A DNA stretch of 64,000 bases, taken from an uncultured bacterium. Lineage in GTDB: Bacteria; Krumholzibacteriota; Krumholzibacteriia; Krumholzibacteriales; Krumholzibacteriaceae. This document shows, in pieces, positions 48,346-57,462 of this stretch. The translations under genes and the position numbers were made by a program. The notes under the pieces are model-generated. The model did not search any database, was not told the origin of the DNA, and saw nothing but the letters and a program-made list of their open reading frames with translations. The DNA is taken from NCBI GenBank assembly GCA_965371515.1, contig CBDUYR010000011.1:1-64000 (forward strand). Direction: 5' to 3'. Each line of letters opens with the position of its first letter. The first letter of the stretch is position 1.

Positions 48346-48762
48346 CTAAAGGCAGCTCTTGCATGTACCTTTGAAAACGACCTGTGCCGATTCGATCCTG
48401 TTTCCGGAGATATCGCCTTCCGGCAGTGATACATTTTCGCCGTCACGCGGGAAAATGTCAATGATACTGTTGCAGTTCCTGCAGACGAAGTGGTAATGAG
48501 AGCCGGTATCCGGATCATAATTCAGAAAATCGTCGAAAAGATGGAGTGGCTGCACCTCGTTGATCTTCTCGAGCATGTTCAGCGTATTGTAGACCGTTGA
48601 GAAGGAAAGACTCGGGTATTTCTTCTTCAGGTCCCCGTAGATGACGGCGGCAGTCGGGTGGGTCTTGTTGCCGATCAGGTAACGGATCACTGACAGACGC
48701 TGCGGCGTCAGCTTGAATCCTTCGCTCCTGAGTCTTCCGATTGTCGTCTCGAACGAATGCAT
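48346..48762 (-). CDS. Fur family transcriptional regulator (PerR-like)
   Basis: LTPQR, HPTA, STVYNTL, HYHFVCRNC and CKSC; heads a redox operon; ATG 48762 after AGGAG. Confidence 0.92.
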   Translation of the reverse strand: MHSFETTIGRLRSEGFKLTPQRLSVIRYLIGNKTHPTAAVIYGDLKKKYPSLSFSTVYNTLNMLEKINEVQPLHLFDDFLNYDPDTGSHYHFVCRNCNSIIDIFPRDGENVSLPEGDISGNRIESAQVVFKGTCKSCL

Positions 48763-48811
48763 TCTCCTACTCCTATTCCCCTCCGGAAATTTTAATCCTT
48801 TACACGGTTTA

Positions 48812-48852
48812 ATGTTACGAATTAACGGCAATCAAGTCAATAACAATTATCG
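48812..48852 (-). promoter_or_regulatory. Putative sigma70 promoter with overlapping Fur/Per-like box
   Basis: TTGACT-N17-TAACAT; an imperfect 7-1-7 palindrome CGATAAT-T-GTTATTG (48838-48852) overlaps the -35. Confidence 0.6.
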
Positions 48853-48931
48853 ATGCCGTTGATCCTTTCCGGCACTCCGACTGCGAGTTGTCGGCCGCTG
48901 CCGCGCCATCTCGATGAGCGAAGGAAAGACA

Positions 48932-49654
48932 CTACTCTTTTCCTCGCGAGCTTTCGGATGCACACAGGGTCGAAAGGGGACAGTCGATACATACCTGTAC
49001 GCTCATACAGCAGCGCTTGCATTGCTCGACGATAAGCGCATGGTACTCGTTATAAATTTCCGGAGTCCTTTCGAGGTTTCCCTCGAAAAGGCCCCTGATC
49101 CGGTCGTAACTCTCGTCACCCCGTATGACACCCAGTCTTGAAAATAACCTTTTTGTATAGGCGTCCACAACAAAAAAAGTGGCCGAATACGCGTACAGCA
49201 GTATCGAATCGGCGGTTTCGGGACCTATCCCCTCGAGAGCGAGAAGCGATTCCCTCTCCGGAGGGCCGTTGCCGGCATCGAGTAAATAGCGGGCAAGTAT
49301 CCCCAGGCGGCGGGCTTTCTGGTTGTAGTAGCCTGAGCTGCGTATCAGTCCGGCGACCTCGTCGTGGGAGGCGGAGGCGAGCCTGCCCGGATCGATCATA
49401 TCCGCAGCCGAGAGGGCCGAGACCGCTCTGGCCGCGTTCTTCCAGGACGTGTTCTGCGTAAGCACCGCCCCGACGGCCACCTCGAATCTCTCCCGCCGGT
49501 CGCGGGGGCCGCCGAGGTATTCGGGCTCCCCACCCTTTCGCCTCGTCACGGGCCACCACCCCTGCCTCCCGTACTCCGACAGCAGGATTTCGTAGACCTC
49601 CCTGATCGTGTCAGCGGTCTTTCTTTCCTGTGCTTCCCCGCGGAACATATCCAC
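48932..49654 (-). CDS. Endonuclease III-related HhH-GPD DNA glycosylase
   Basis: GAVLTQNTSW, SGYYNQKA, LEGIGPETADSILLY, VVDAY and C-terminal Fe-S cysteines. Confidence 0.9.
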   Translation of the reverse strand: MDMFRGEAQERKTADTIREVYEILLSEYGRQGWWPVTRRKGGEPEYLGGPRDRRERFEVAVGAVLTQNTSWKNAARAVSALSAADMIDPGRLASASHDEVAGLIRSSGYYNQKARRLGILARYLLDAGNGPPERESLLALEGIGPETADSILLYAYSATFFVVDAYTKRLFSRLGVIRGDESYDRIRGLFEGNLERTPEIYNEYHALIVEQCKRCCMSVQVCIDCPLSTLCASESSRGKE

Positions 49655-49812
49655 CTCGCGTCACTCTATTATCGACCGTATAAATTTACATCAGCCGGCC
49701 GTCCGCGTTCAACAGTCTCTTTTCCAACACCGGAATCCGGTTGACCTTCGGGCCGTTTCTCTCTTAGGGTCATCATGTCTGACATAACCTCGAATATTGC
49801 GAAAGGTCTCAT

Positions 49813-50226
49813 ATGAGTACGACAAGATTCGGAGTGTCGATGGGGGACGGGCTCCTCGAAAAACTCGACGCGATGGTCCGGGAGAAGGGTTATCCCAACA
49901 GGTCCGAGGCAATACGCGACCTGGTGAGAAAAACAATCGTCGACGATGAATGGACCGACGCCGCGGGAGAGATCATCGGGGTGCTCGTCATCGTTTTCGA
50001 TCATCACAGACGCGAACTCTCGTCGCGGCTCCTGAATAAAGAGCACCACTGGGAGGGCAGTATCCTTTCGACCCTCCATCTCCATCTCGACCACGACACT
50101 TGTCTCGAAGTAAAGGTGATCCGCGGAAAAGCTGGAGAAGTAAAGGATTTCGCCGACGAGATGATCTCCATGAAGGGCATCAAGTACGGAACTCTGATAA
50201 AGGCTACCGCCGGCGGAGAATTCTGA
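49813..50226 (+). CDS. nikR: Nickel-responsive regulator NikR
   Basis: RHH domain RFGVSM..NRSEAIRDL; Ni site HLHLDHDTCLEV. Confidence 0.93.
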   Translation: MSTTRFGVSMGDGLLEKLDAMVREKGYPNRSEAIRDLVRKTIVDDEWTDAAGEIIGVLVIVFDHHRRELSSRLLNKEHHWEGSILSTLHLHLDHDTCLEVKVIRGKAGEVKDFADEMISMKGIKYGTLIKATAGGEF

Positions 50227-50241
50227 CAGAGAGGACTGACG

Positions 50242-51780
50242 ATGACCGAAGGCAATGACAATACCGCAACAGTAAAGAGATCCGCCCTGATGAGATTTCT
50301 CGACAGGGTCGAAAAGGTGGGCAACAAGCTTCCCCACCCAGCGACACTCTTCGCCATATTCGCGTTCACAATCGTCATAGCCTCATGGCTGGTCTCGAGG
50401 GCCGGCATCACCGCCGTACACCCAGGGACCGGAGAGACGATCATGGCGGTCAACATGCTCTCCGGCGATGGATTCCGGTTCATGTGGACAGAGATGACCA
50501 ATAACTTCGTTCACTTCCCTCCCCTCGGCATCGTGCTGGTAGCAATGATCGGAATAGGCGTTGCGGAAGGCTCGGGGCTGATCTCGGCGCTGCTGCGCCA
50601 CCTCGTCACGAGCGCCCCGCCCCGGATGATCACAGCTGCTGTGATCGCCGCGGGTATCCTCTCCCATCTGGCTTCGAGCGCCGGGTACGTCGTGCTGATC
50701 CCCCTCGGAGCGATGGTATTCGCCGCATTCAAAAGACATCCGATCGCCGGGCTGGCAGCGGCCTTTCTCGGCGTGTCGGGAGGCTTTGGAGCGAACTTTC
50801 TGATCGGTTCGATCGATCCTATCCTCGCCGGTCTTACCGAATCGGCCGCCCAGATCATCAATCCCGAGATGCACATATCCCCTGCGGTCAACTACTACTT
50901 CATGCTCGCCTCTGCCTGCATGATCGTCATATTCGGCACGATCGTCACCGAGAGGATCGTCGAGCCGAGACTGGGAAAATACGAGGGAGAGAGCGAAGAC
51001 TTCGAGAAGGTATCGCCCAATGAGCGCAAGGGGCTCGCCTGGGCGGCGATTTCGGTCGCGGTTTTCCTGGTAATCCTCGCCCTGCTCACGATCCCTGAGG
51101 GAGCCGTTCTCAGGGACCCCGAGACGGGATCCCTTCTACATTCCCCCTTCATGAGCGGCCTGATCACCGCGATCATGATCTTCTTCATCGTCCCCGGCAT
51201 CGCCTACGGAATCGCCGTCGGAACGATCGGCAACGACAAGGAGATCATCAAGTTCATGGCGACATCGATGAAGGGCCTGTCCGGTTACATCGTCATCGTA
51301 TTCTTCGCGGCCCAGTTCGTCTACTACTTCAAATACAGCAATATCGGAGTGCTCATGGCGATAAGGGGCGCCGAGTTCCTCGGCAACATCGGCTTCACCG
51401 GGGTCATGCTCCTCGTCGCATTCGTGATCCTGTCGGCATTCATCAACCTCTTCATGGGAAGCGCGTCGGCCAAGTGGGCGATCATGGCTCCTGTCTTCGT
51501 CCCGATGTTCATGCTCGTCGGATATCACCCCGGGATAACACAGGCGGCATTCAGGATCGGCGACTCGATCACGAACATCATCACACCGATGATGAGCTAC
51601 TTCGCCCTGATCGTAGCCTTCGCTCAGAAGTACGACGAGAAATACGGAATAGGCACGATCACGGCCACAATGCTTCCGTACACGATCATAATCGGGGTAG
51701 TATGGATTATCCTGCTGGCCGTATGGATGCTGATAGGCCTGCCTGTCGGCCCCGACGCGCCGATCCATCTTCCCGGCTGA
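50242..51780 (+). CDS. abgT: AbgT family transporter
   Basis: VEKVGNKLPHP, FPPLG, SASAKWA and RIGDSITNIITP. Confidence 0.93.
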   Translation: MTEGNDNTATVKRSALMRFLDRVEKVGNKLPHPATLFAIFAFTIVIASWLVSRAGITAVHPGTGETIMAVNMLSGDGFRFMWTEMTNNFVHFPPLGIVLVAMIGIGVAEGSGLISALLRHLVTSAPPRMITAAVIAAGILSHLASSAGYVVLIPLGAMVFAAFKRHPIAGLAAAFLGVSGGFGANFLIGSIDPILAGLTESAAQIINPEMHISPAVNYYFMLASACMIVIFGTIVTERIVEPRLGKYEGESEDFEKVSPNERKGLAWAAISVAVFLVILALLTIPEGAVLRDPETGSLLHSPFMSGLITAIMIFFIVPGIAYGIAVGTIGNDKEIIKFMATSMKGLSGYIVIVFFAAQFVYYFKYSNIGVLMAIRGAEFLGNIGFTGVMLLVAFVILSAFINLFMGSASAKWAIMAPVFVPMFMLVGYHPGITQAAFRIGDSITNIITPMMSYFALIVAFAQKYDEKYGIGTITATMLPYTIIIGVVWIILLAVWMLIGLPVGPDAPIHLPG

Positions 51781-51805
51781 CGGGCAGCAGGTATCGCTGG
51801 AAAGG

Positions 51806-52918
51806 ATGAAGATGCGGATCGCTTTTCTCGGCGACGGCTCTCTCGGCCACGTTCGCCGGTGGGCAGGTTACTTTCACGACAAGGGGCATGACGTCCTCCT
51901 GATCTCCTTCGAGGATGTCTCTGGATGTCCCTTTCCCTCCAGGCGCATCAGAAAACTCCTCCCCACGAAGCTCGCCGGATACGCGGCGGCTCTCGGCACC
52001 GTAAGGAAGGAGCTCGAATCGTTCGGCCCCGACATCGTCAACGCGATCTATGCGGGCGGATACGGATTCATAGGCGCGCAATCCGGCTACCGTCCCCTCA
52101 TCGTATCGGCTATAGGGTCGGACATGCTGGTCGACTATCCCTCCTCGATCGTTCACAAGCTCCAGATCGAGTACGCCCTGAAACACGCGTCGCTCGTGAC
52201 GACCGATGCCGAGTCGCTGTCCAAAAGCGTCGTCGATGCGGGCGTGGAACCTTCCAGGATAGTCGAGATCTATTTCGGCATCGATCCGGCCGTCTTCAAC
52301 CGCGAGGGCCGGACCTTACACGGGGACGGGTCGCTGAGGATCATCAGCACGAGGAATCTTTACCCCATCTACGACCTCAACACCCTCCTCGCCGCCTTTG
52401 CAGAGCTGCACAGGAAGATTGACGCAAGGCTCGTGATCTGCGGCGACGGCCCCGAGAGGGGCGCGCTGGAGAAGAGGGCAGAAAGCCTCGGTGAAGATGA
52501 CAGGATCACGTTCACCGGCAGGCTCGATCCGGCAGGTATCGCAAGGGAGTTGAAACACGCCGACATCTACGTCTCCACAGCGAAATCGGATTCGACGTCG
52601 GTTTCCCTTCTCGAGGCGATGGCATGCGGCGCCGTGCCAGTGGCGACCGACCTCGATGCCAACCGCGAATGGATACGCGACGGCGTCGGTGGCCTGATCT
52701 TCCGTCCCGGTGATGTAACCGGCCTGACCGGAGCGATACTCAGACTCCACGAAAATCCAGTCATGGCCGCCTCGATGAGGGAAGAATCGGCGGCAACGGT
52801 AGCGAAACGCGGACTATGGCTTCCGAACATGGAAAGGGCCGAGATGGAATTCACACGCCTCATCGAAGGAAAGCACCCGCAGTCACGGGAAAGCACTGGG
52901 AACGACGGGAAACGATAG
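51806..52918 (+). CDS. Glycosyltransferase family 4
   Basis: GT-B motifs GDGPER, ADIYVS and SLLEAMACG. Confidence 0.9.
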   Translation: MKMRIAFLGDGSLGHVRRWAGYFHDKGHDVLLISFEDVSGCPFPSRRIRKLLPTKLAGYAAALGTVRKELESFGPDIVNAIYAGGYGFIGAQSGYRPLIVSAIGSDMLVDYPSSIVHKLQIEYALKHASLVTTDAESLSKSVVDAGVEPSRIVEIYFGIDPAVFNREGRTLHGDGSLRIISTRNLYPIYDLNTLLAAFAELHRKIDARLVICGDGPERGALEKRAESLGEDDRITFTGRLDPAGIARELKHADIYVSTAKSDSTSVSLLEAMACGAVPVATDLDANREWIRDGVGGLIFRPGDVTGLTGAILRLHENPVMAASMREESAATVAKRGLWLPNMERAEMEFTRLIEGKHPQSRESTGNDGKR

Positions 52919-53246
52919 GCCATCTTGCACACTTCGAAGAGCGCCTGTATTTCTTAATAGGCAATTCTACTCAAAGGGGCGGAAGTCCGCCGCCCCGCCA
53001 TGAGGGAAATCCCCCATCCGCAGTCCTCGCCCTTCGTTCAGGCTGACGCGAATACAAGTTTTCACCTGCAGCCCCCGACAATCGTCAGCCAAGTTACCCT
53101 CACCATATCAATGGGTTGCGACACATTTCGGTATTGTCCCCTGATGCCGGCAGCAGCTTACGATCCGATCCCGAATCCATGGAATGTATCTTGATAATAC
53201 TTACTATTGCGCGGATTCGAGGGACAGTTTTAGGAGGGAGATCTCC

Positions 53247-53867
53247 ATGAGCATCTGGGAAACAGAAACACTCATACTCAGACTCATAACTGTCCTATTC
53301 GTTTTCGCCCTTCTTCGCGTCTACGGAAGAAGGAAGGCCACAGGACGGGAAACCGTGTTGTACCTTATCGTCGTTACCGCCTCCGCCATTGTTAACTTAC
53401 TACGATCTGGCGGAGGCGGGTTTTTAATGACTCTTATCGGAGCCGCGGTGGCATTTGCCGTCTCCGCTCCACTTGTCGCAAGGGACAAGGCCGCGCTCAG
53501 GGACATCGCCGCTCCCGTGGCTGCGGGCTCCCTTCTCGGCCCGTTCGGAGGGCTGGCCGCAATCGTCATAGCGGCTGCGATCTACATCATGCAGCGCTCG
53601 ACCGGCCGCCAGCCAGCGATAATGGACATAGTCGTCCCCCGGTTCGAAGATTCCGGCTCCGTGTTCAGGCCATGCAGCCGTTACGCCCTGACCTTGATAG
53701 AGACCAGGAGACTCAGGAAGACCCACCGAAGAGATCAGGATGACAGCGCCGCCAAACTCAGTGGGAATGCCGACACTCGAATACCAGCCGGCATCGAGAT
53801 GCTGCCCTGGAGGACCTCGCTCGCCGTCGCGACACTGGCAGTGCTGATGACCGACATGTTCATCTGA
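53247..53867 (+). CDS. Membrane protein resembling a degenerate A24 (TadV/CpaA) prepilin peptidase
   Basis: Several TM segments; RDIAAPVAAGSLLG aligns with the GGGDxK..G..LG region; terminal LPWRTSLAVA resembles LPY..AIA; followed by DUF192. Confidence 0.45.
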   Translation: MSIWETETLILRLITVLFVFALLRVYGRRKATGRETVLYLIVVTASAIVNLLRSGGGGFLMTLIGAAVAFAVSAPLVARDKAALRDIAAPVAAGSLLGPFGGLAAIVIAAAIYIMQRSTGRQPAIMDIVVPRFEDSGSVFRPCSRYALTLIETRRLRKTHRRDQDDSAAKLSGNADTRIPAGIEMLPWRTSLAVATLAVLMTDMFI

Positions 53868-53880
53868 CAGGAGGATCGAG

Positions 53881-54228
53881 TTGGCTGTCTGGAACAGAAC
53901 AAGATGCACTTACCTCGGGACAACTCTCCTGACGTTGAACAATCATTTCATGAATACGCTGAGGCATATCAACCACCAGGGGATCCCGGCGGACTGCGCG
54001 CTCTATATATCACCCTGTCAGGGCATCTACACGGTCGGCATGCACAGGGCCATCGACATCGCCTTCCTCGACGGCGATATGCAGGTGATAAAGATCTACC
54101 GCAGCTTCCCGCCGAACTGCTTCGTCGAACCGGTCGCCGGCGCGGTCAGCGCCTTGGAGCTCCCGGCCGAGCGCCTGCACGAGACGGGCACAGCGGTCGG
54201 CGACATCCTCGTCATAGAACCCGGATGA
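53881..54228 (+). CDS. DUF192 family protein
   Basis: PCQGIYTVGM..IDIAFLD, ALELPA and VGD pattern; TTG start after GGAGG. Confidence 0.8.
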   Translation: MAVWNRTRCTYLGTTLLTLNNHFMNTLRHINHQGIPADCALYISPCQGIYTVGMHRAIDIAFLDGDMQVIKIYRSFPPNCFVEPVAGAVSALELPAERLHETGTAVGDILVIEPG

Positions 54229-54246
54229 TGCGCGGCCTTTCCTTGT

Positions 54247-55374
54247 CTACCAGTACCCCATCGCGAGATACCCCACCCAGTGTCTCTCCGTGGCGATGTT
54301 CGTCGCTCCGAGACCCGTCTGTTCGACTGGAAGCCGGCCCGGCTCCAGGCTCGTCCCGTACCCGAGGATGTGGCCGTCAGGTGCTTCTCGTCCCTGTGCG
54401 GTTGACAGTCCATCGAGCACGCTCAGTCCAAACGGTATCGAATAGACCCCGCACCACGTGACCTTGTACGGCCACTCGAGATCGTCTCTCTCTACCCGAT
54501 TACGGAAGAAGGCGATCTTCTCCGCCGAAAGGGGTCCCTCCAGGGTCGACCTCGCAATATCGATATCCTGTGCCGTCGCCTTTTCGTACCCATCCCGGTC
54601 CGTGCCGAACGGTGCGTAATTCCTGCCGCCCCACTCCTCGTCGCCGTAGTGGACGCAGTCAGCGGAGATCAGCACGGCTGCGTCCCTGCCCAACACCATC
54701 CCCTCCTCCTCGAGGACCGCGGCGAGCGAGCGCGTCATCTCGCCGACGGCTTCATCGAAAGAATCCCCCGCGAACCTGGTCACGAGGACGGGGAGTATCT
54801 CTACTTTCCCGCCTCCGTAATACTGCAGGAACGGGATGAACGCCTCGAGCGAGTGCTCGGAAGCGTGAAAAGATCCGTCGACGAGAACAATCTCCTCGGG
54901 GAGCCGCTCGATGACCCTCTCCCTGAGACTGGATACGGGTGTCACTCCGTACGGCCCCTTCCACCCGATGAAATCGTCGAAGATCAACCTGCCCTCCAGC
55001 CCGATCCTTCTCGCCCTGTGGGCTACCCCGAAGAGGACGACGAGATCGGCCCCGACCCTGTCGATCGTCATCGCGTAGTACGGGCCGGCATATATGTAAT
55101 CGTCGTGCGGAACGATCGCCCCTATCATAATCCCCGCTCCCGAAGAAGCGGATTGCATCGCGAAAGGAAGAGCCCCGCCTCTGATGAGCGAGTCGGAGAC
55201 TGCGACGACGGCCTCGACCTGCCCCGGAGTCGTCGCGTAACCGACTGTGTCGGCCGGCTGGCGTACTGTTCCGGCCGTCGGGCTCTGAGCTGCCTGCTGT
55301 TCCACCGATGCCGCCGGCAGCGCTGCGACCGTGACTGCGGCGATTACGAGCGCCGCCCGGATATTTCTTCTCAT
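54247..55374 (-). CDS. Exported MEMO1/AmrB-like (dioxygenase-fold) protein
   Basis: PHDDYIYAG, GVAH, EHSLE..IPFLQ, SADCVHYG and TWCG; signal peptide from MRRNIRAA after AGGAGG. Confidence 0.85.
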   Translation of the reverse strand: MRRNIRAALVIAAVTVAALPAASVEQQAAQSPTAGTVRQPADTVGYATTPGQVEAVVAVSDSLIRGGALPFAMQSASSGAGIMIGAIVPHDDYIYAGPYYAMTIDRVGADLVVLFGVAHRARRIGLEGRLIFDDFIGWKGPYGVTPVSSLRERVIERLPEEIVLVDGSFHASEHSLEAFIPFLQYYGGGKVEILPVLVTRFAGDSFDEAVGEMTRSLAAVLEEEGMVLGRDAAVLISADCVHYGDEEWGGRNYAPFGTDRDGYEKATAQDIDIARSTLEGPLSAEKIAFFRNRVERDDLEWPYKVTWCGVYSIPFGLSVLDGLSTAQGREAPDGHILGYGTSLEPGRLPVEQTGLGATNIATERHWVGYLAMGYW

Positions 55375-55503
55375 GGCAAACCTCCTGATACCGGACGATG
55401 ATACAACAACGCGGCGGTCCGGCACATAAAAAGCCTGACATTTTTACGTCATGTAAATATATTCACTGTTCGACACCCCTTTCCGACACGGTCTGGAGAG
55501 ACG

Positions 55504-56727
55504 ATGATAACCGGCAAGAAAAGAAGGATACTAGGCTCGATCTCGCTGCACCATGCGTGCAACGATGCCTCGACCGTCGTGCTGCCAGCAATCTTCCCGG
55601 TTCTCTTGAACCAGCAACTGCTCATACACAACTACTCCGACATCGGGACGATTAACCTCGTCGGCCTCGTGACCGCGGTGATCTTCCAGGCGCTCGTCGG
55701 ACATTTCGCCACGACTCGCCATTCGAGATACTACCTCGCCCTCGACGCTCTGCTCGTCGGGACGTCGCTGATCCTCATGACGATGTCAACGAGCTACTGG
55801 ATGCTCGTCCTCTTCTTCATCGGAATGAGGATGGGAACGAGCATATATCATCCGGTCGGAATCTCGTGGATAACCCATACATTCGCGGGAAAGAACCTCG
55901 ACAGGGCGATGGGATTCCAGAGCGCTTTCGGCAACACCGGTGTTTTCCTCCAGTTCGCTTCCACGGGATTTCTCGTAAAGCACTACGGCTGGCAGGCGCC
56001 CCTCTACATATGGGGCATAATCAACCTCTCCGCCGTCGCCATCGGCCTCTACCTCTCGCGCAACGCGTACGAGAAGGGAGAGATCGCGCAGCAGATCGAG
56101 GAGGAGAAGGAACCCGTCTCATGGATCAGGGCATTCCACGGGATAAAATCGTTCATCCCGATGATGGTGCTCGGAGGCCTCACCTGGGGGATCACCGTCA
56201 ACTACGCGCCGAGCCTCCTCAATCACAGGCTCGGGTTGCCGATGTCGATAACGGGGATTATCATGGGATGCTGGATGGCGGCAGGCACACTCTCGGCATT
56301 TAGCTACGGCAGGGTCTCGACAATTCTCGGCAGGTCGAGGACCCTCGTCTACGCGTATATCGCGATAGCGGTCGTCACAGCGATCATCGGGCTCGGACGA
56401 AACATACCCCTGACGATCGCTGCCTTCGCCGTCTTCGGCGCCGCGCTCTTCTCCACCTACCCCGCCACACTCTCGTTCATCGGGAGTTCCGTCGATCCGA
56501 GGAACAGGACGGCGGCGTTCAGCCTCGCCTCAAACCTGATGATCATCGGCAACTCGATCTTTACGTACATATCGGGGAAGCTATCCGACGCCTACGGGAT
56601 CAACACCCCCTTCCTCCTGCTCGGAGCGATGACGCTTGCAGTACTGGCCTATCTCGTCACGATGATAAGGACCGGCAGGATAGCCGCGGACGGATGCAGG
56701 CTCGCCAGGCGCGTCGAGCTTCCTTGA
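55504..56727 (+). CDS. MFS transporter (FsR-like)
   Basis: About 12 hydrophobic segments; HACND, SIYHPVG and GKLSDAYG motifs. Confidence 0.9.
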   Translation: MITGKKRRILGSISLHHACNDASTVVLPAIFPVLLNQQLLIHNYSDIGTINLVGLVTAVIFQALVGHFATTRHSRYYLALDALLVGTSLILMTMSTSYWMLVLFFIGMRMGTSIYHPVGISWITHTFAGKNLDRAMGFQSAFGNTGVFLQFASTGFLVKHYGWQAPLYIWGIINLSAVAIGLYLSRNAYEKGEIAQQIEEEKEPVSWIRAFHGIKSFIPMMVLGGLTWGITVNYAPSLLNHRLGLPMSITGIIMGCWMAAGTLSAFSYGRVSTILGRSRTLVYAYIAIAVVTAIIGLGRNIPLTIAAFAVFGAALFSTYPATLSFIGSSVDPRNRTAAFSLASNLMIIGNSIFTYISGKLSDAYGINTPFLLLGAMTLAVLAYLVTMIRTGRIAADGCRLARRVELP

Positions 56728-56772
56728 GCACTGAAATGAAAATGATCGATTCCGGTTCTGCGGCAGTAACGA

Positions 56773-57378
56773 CTATTTTTTCCTGAAAGCGCGAATGATA
56801 AAGACGGGTTCGACGGGAATGTACGTACCGATCTCTATAGTCTCGACCTCGCTGATGGCGTCGACCACTTCCATGCCCTCGATCACCCTCCCGAAGACGC
56901 AGTATCCGAATCCGAAATATATGTCGTCCCTGTGATCGAGGTTCGAGTTGTCTTTGACGTTGACGAAGAACTGGCTCGTCGCGCTGTCTATATCCATGGT
57001 CCGAGCCATCGATATCGTTCCGCGAAGGTTGGAAAGCCCGTTGTCCGCCTCGTTCGGAATCGGATCGCGGGCAGGTTTCATCTCCATATGTTCGTCGTAT
57101 CCGCCCCCCTGGATCACGAATCCCGGGATAGCGCGGTGGAAGATCAATCCGTCGTAGAAGCTGTCCTCGACGTATTCGAGGAAGTTCCCGACGGTCACCG
57201 GCGACTGGTCCCGGAACAGCTCGATTACCACTTCCCCCATCGACGTCTCCATCACGACAACTGGATACCGGATAACGCCATCGCCGCCCGATCCGACCAG
57301 GGAATCGTCACCGCAACCGGAGACGAACACGGCAAGTACGAGTATCGAGATTCCAGCGATCCACATTGATCGGCTCAT
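56773..57378 (-). CDS. Cyclophilin-type PPIase lipoprotein
   Basis: Lipobox VSGC; FHRAIPGFVIQGGG and SATSQFFVN. Confidence 0.93.
   Translation of the reverse strand: MSRSMWIAGISILVLAVFVSGCGDDSLVGSGGDGVIRYPVVVMETSMGEVVIELFRDQSPVTVGNFLEYVEDSFYDGLIFHRAIPGFVIQGGGYDEHMEMKPARDPIPNEADNGLSNLRGTISMARTMDIDSATSQFFVNVKDNSNLDHRDDIYFGFGYCVFGRVIEGMEVVDAISEVETIEIGTYIPVEPVFIIRAFRKK
56936..56988 (-). repeat. 53-bp sequence identical to 42174-42226
   Basis: The reverse complement matches the first cyclophilin gene exactly. Confidence 0.9.
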
Positions 57379-57462
57379 CAGTCAAAGTTCCTTTTCGAAG
57401 GTTTCATTCACTGCGACAGTATACCAACAGGGACAGCATTGAAAAGCGCTTGAGTTCCCCGT

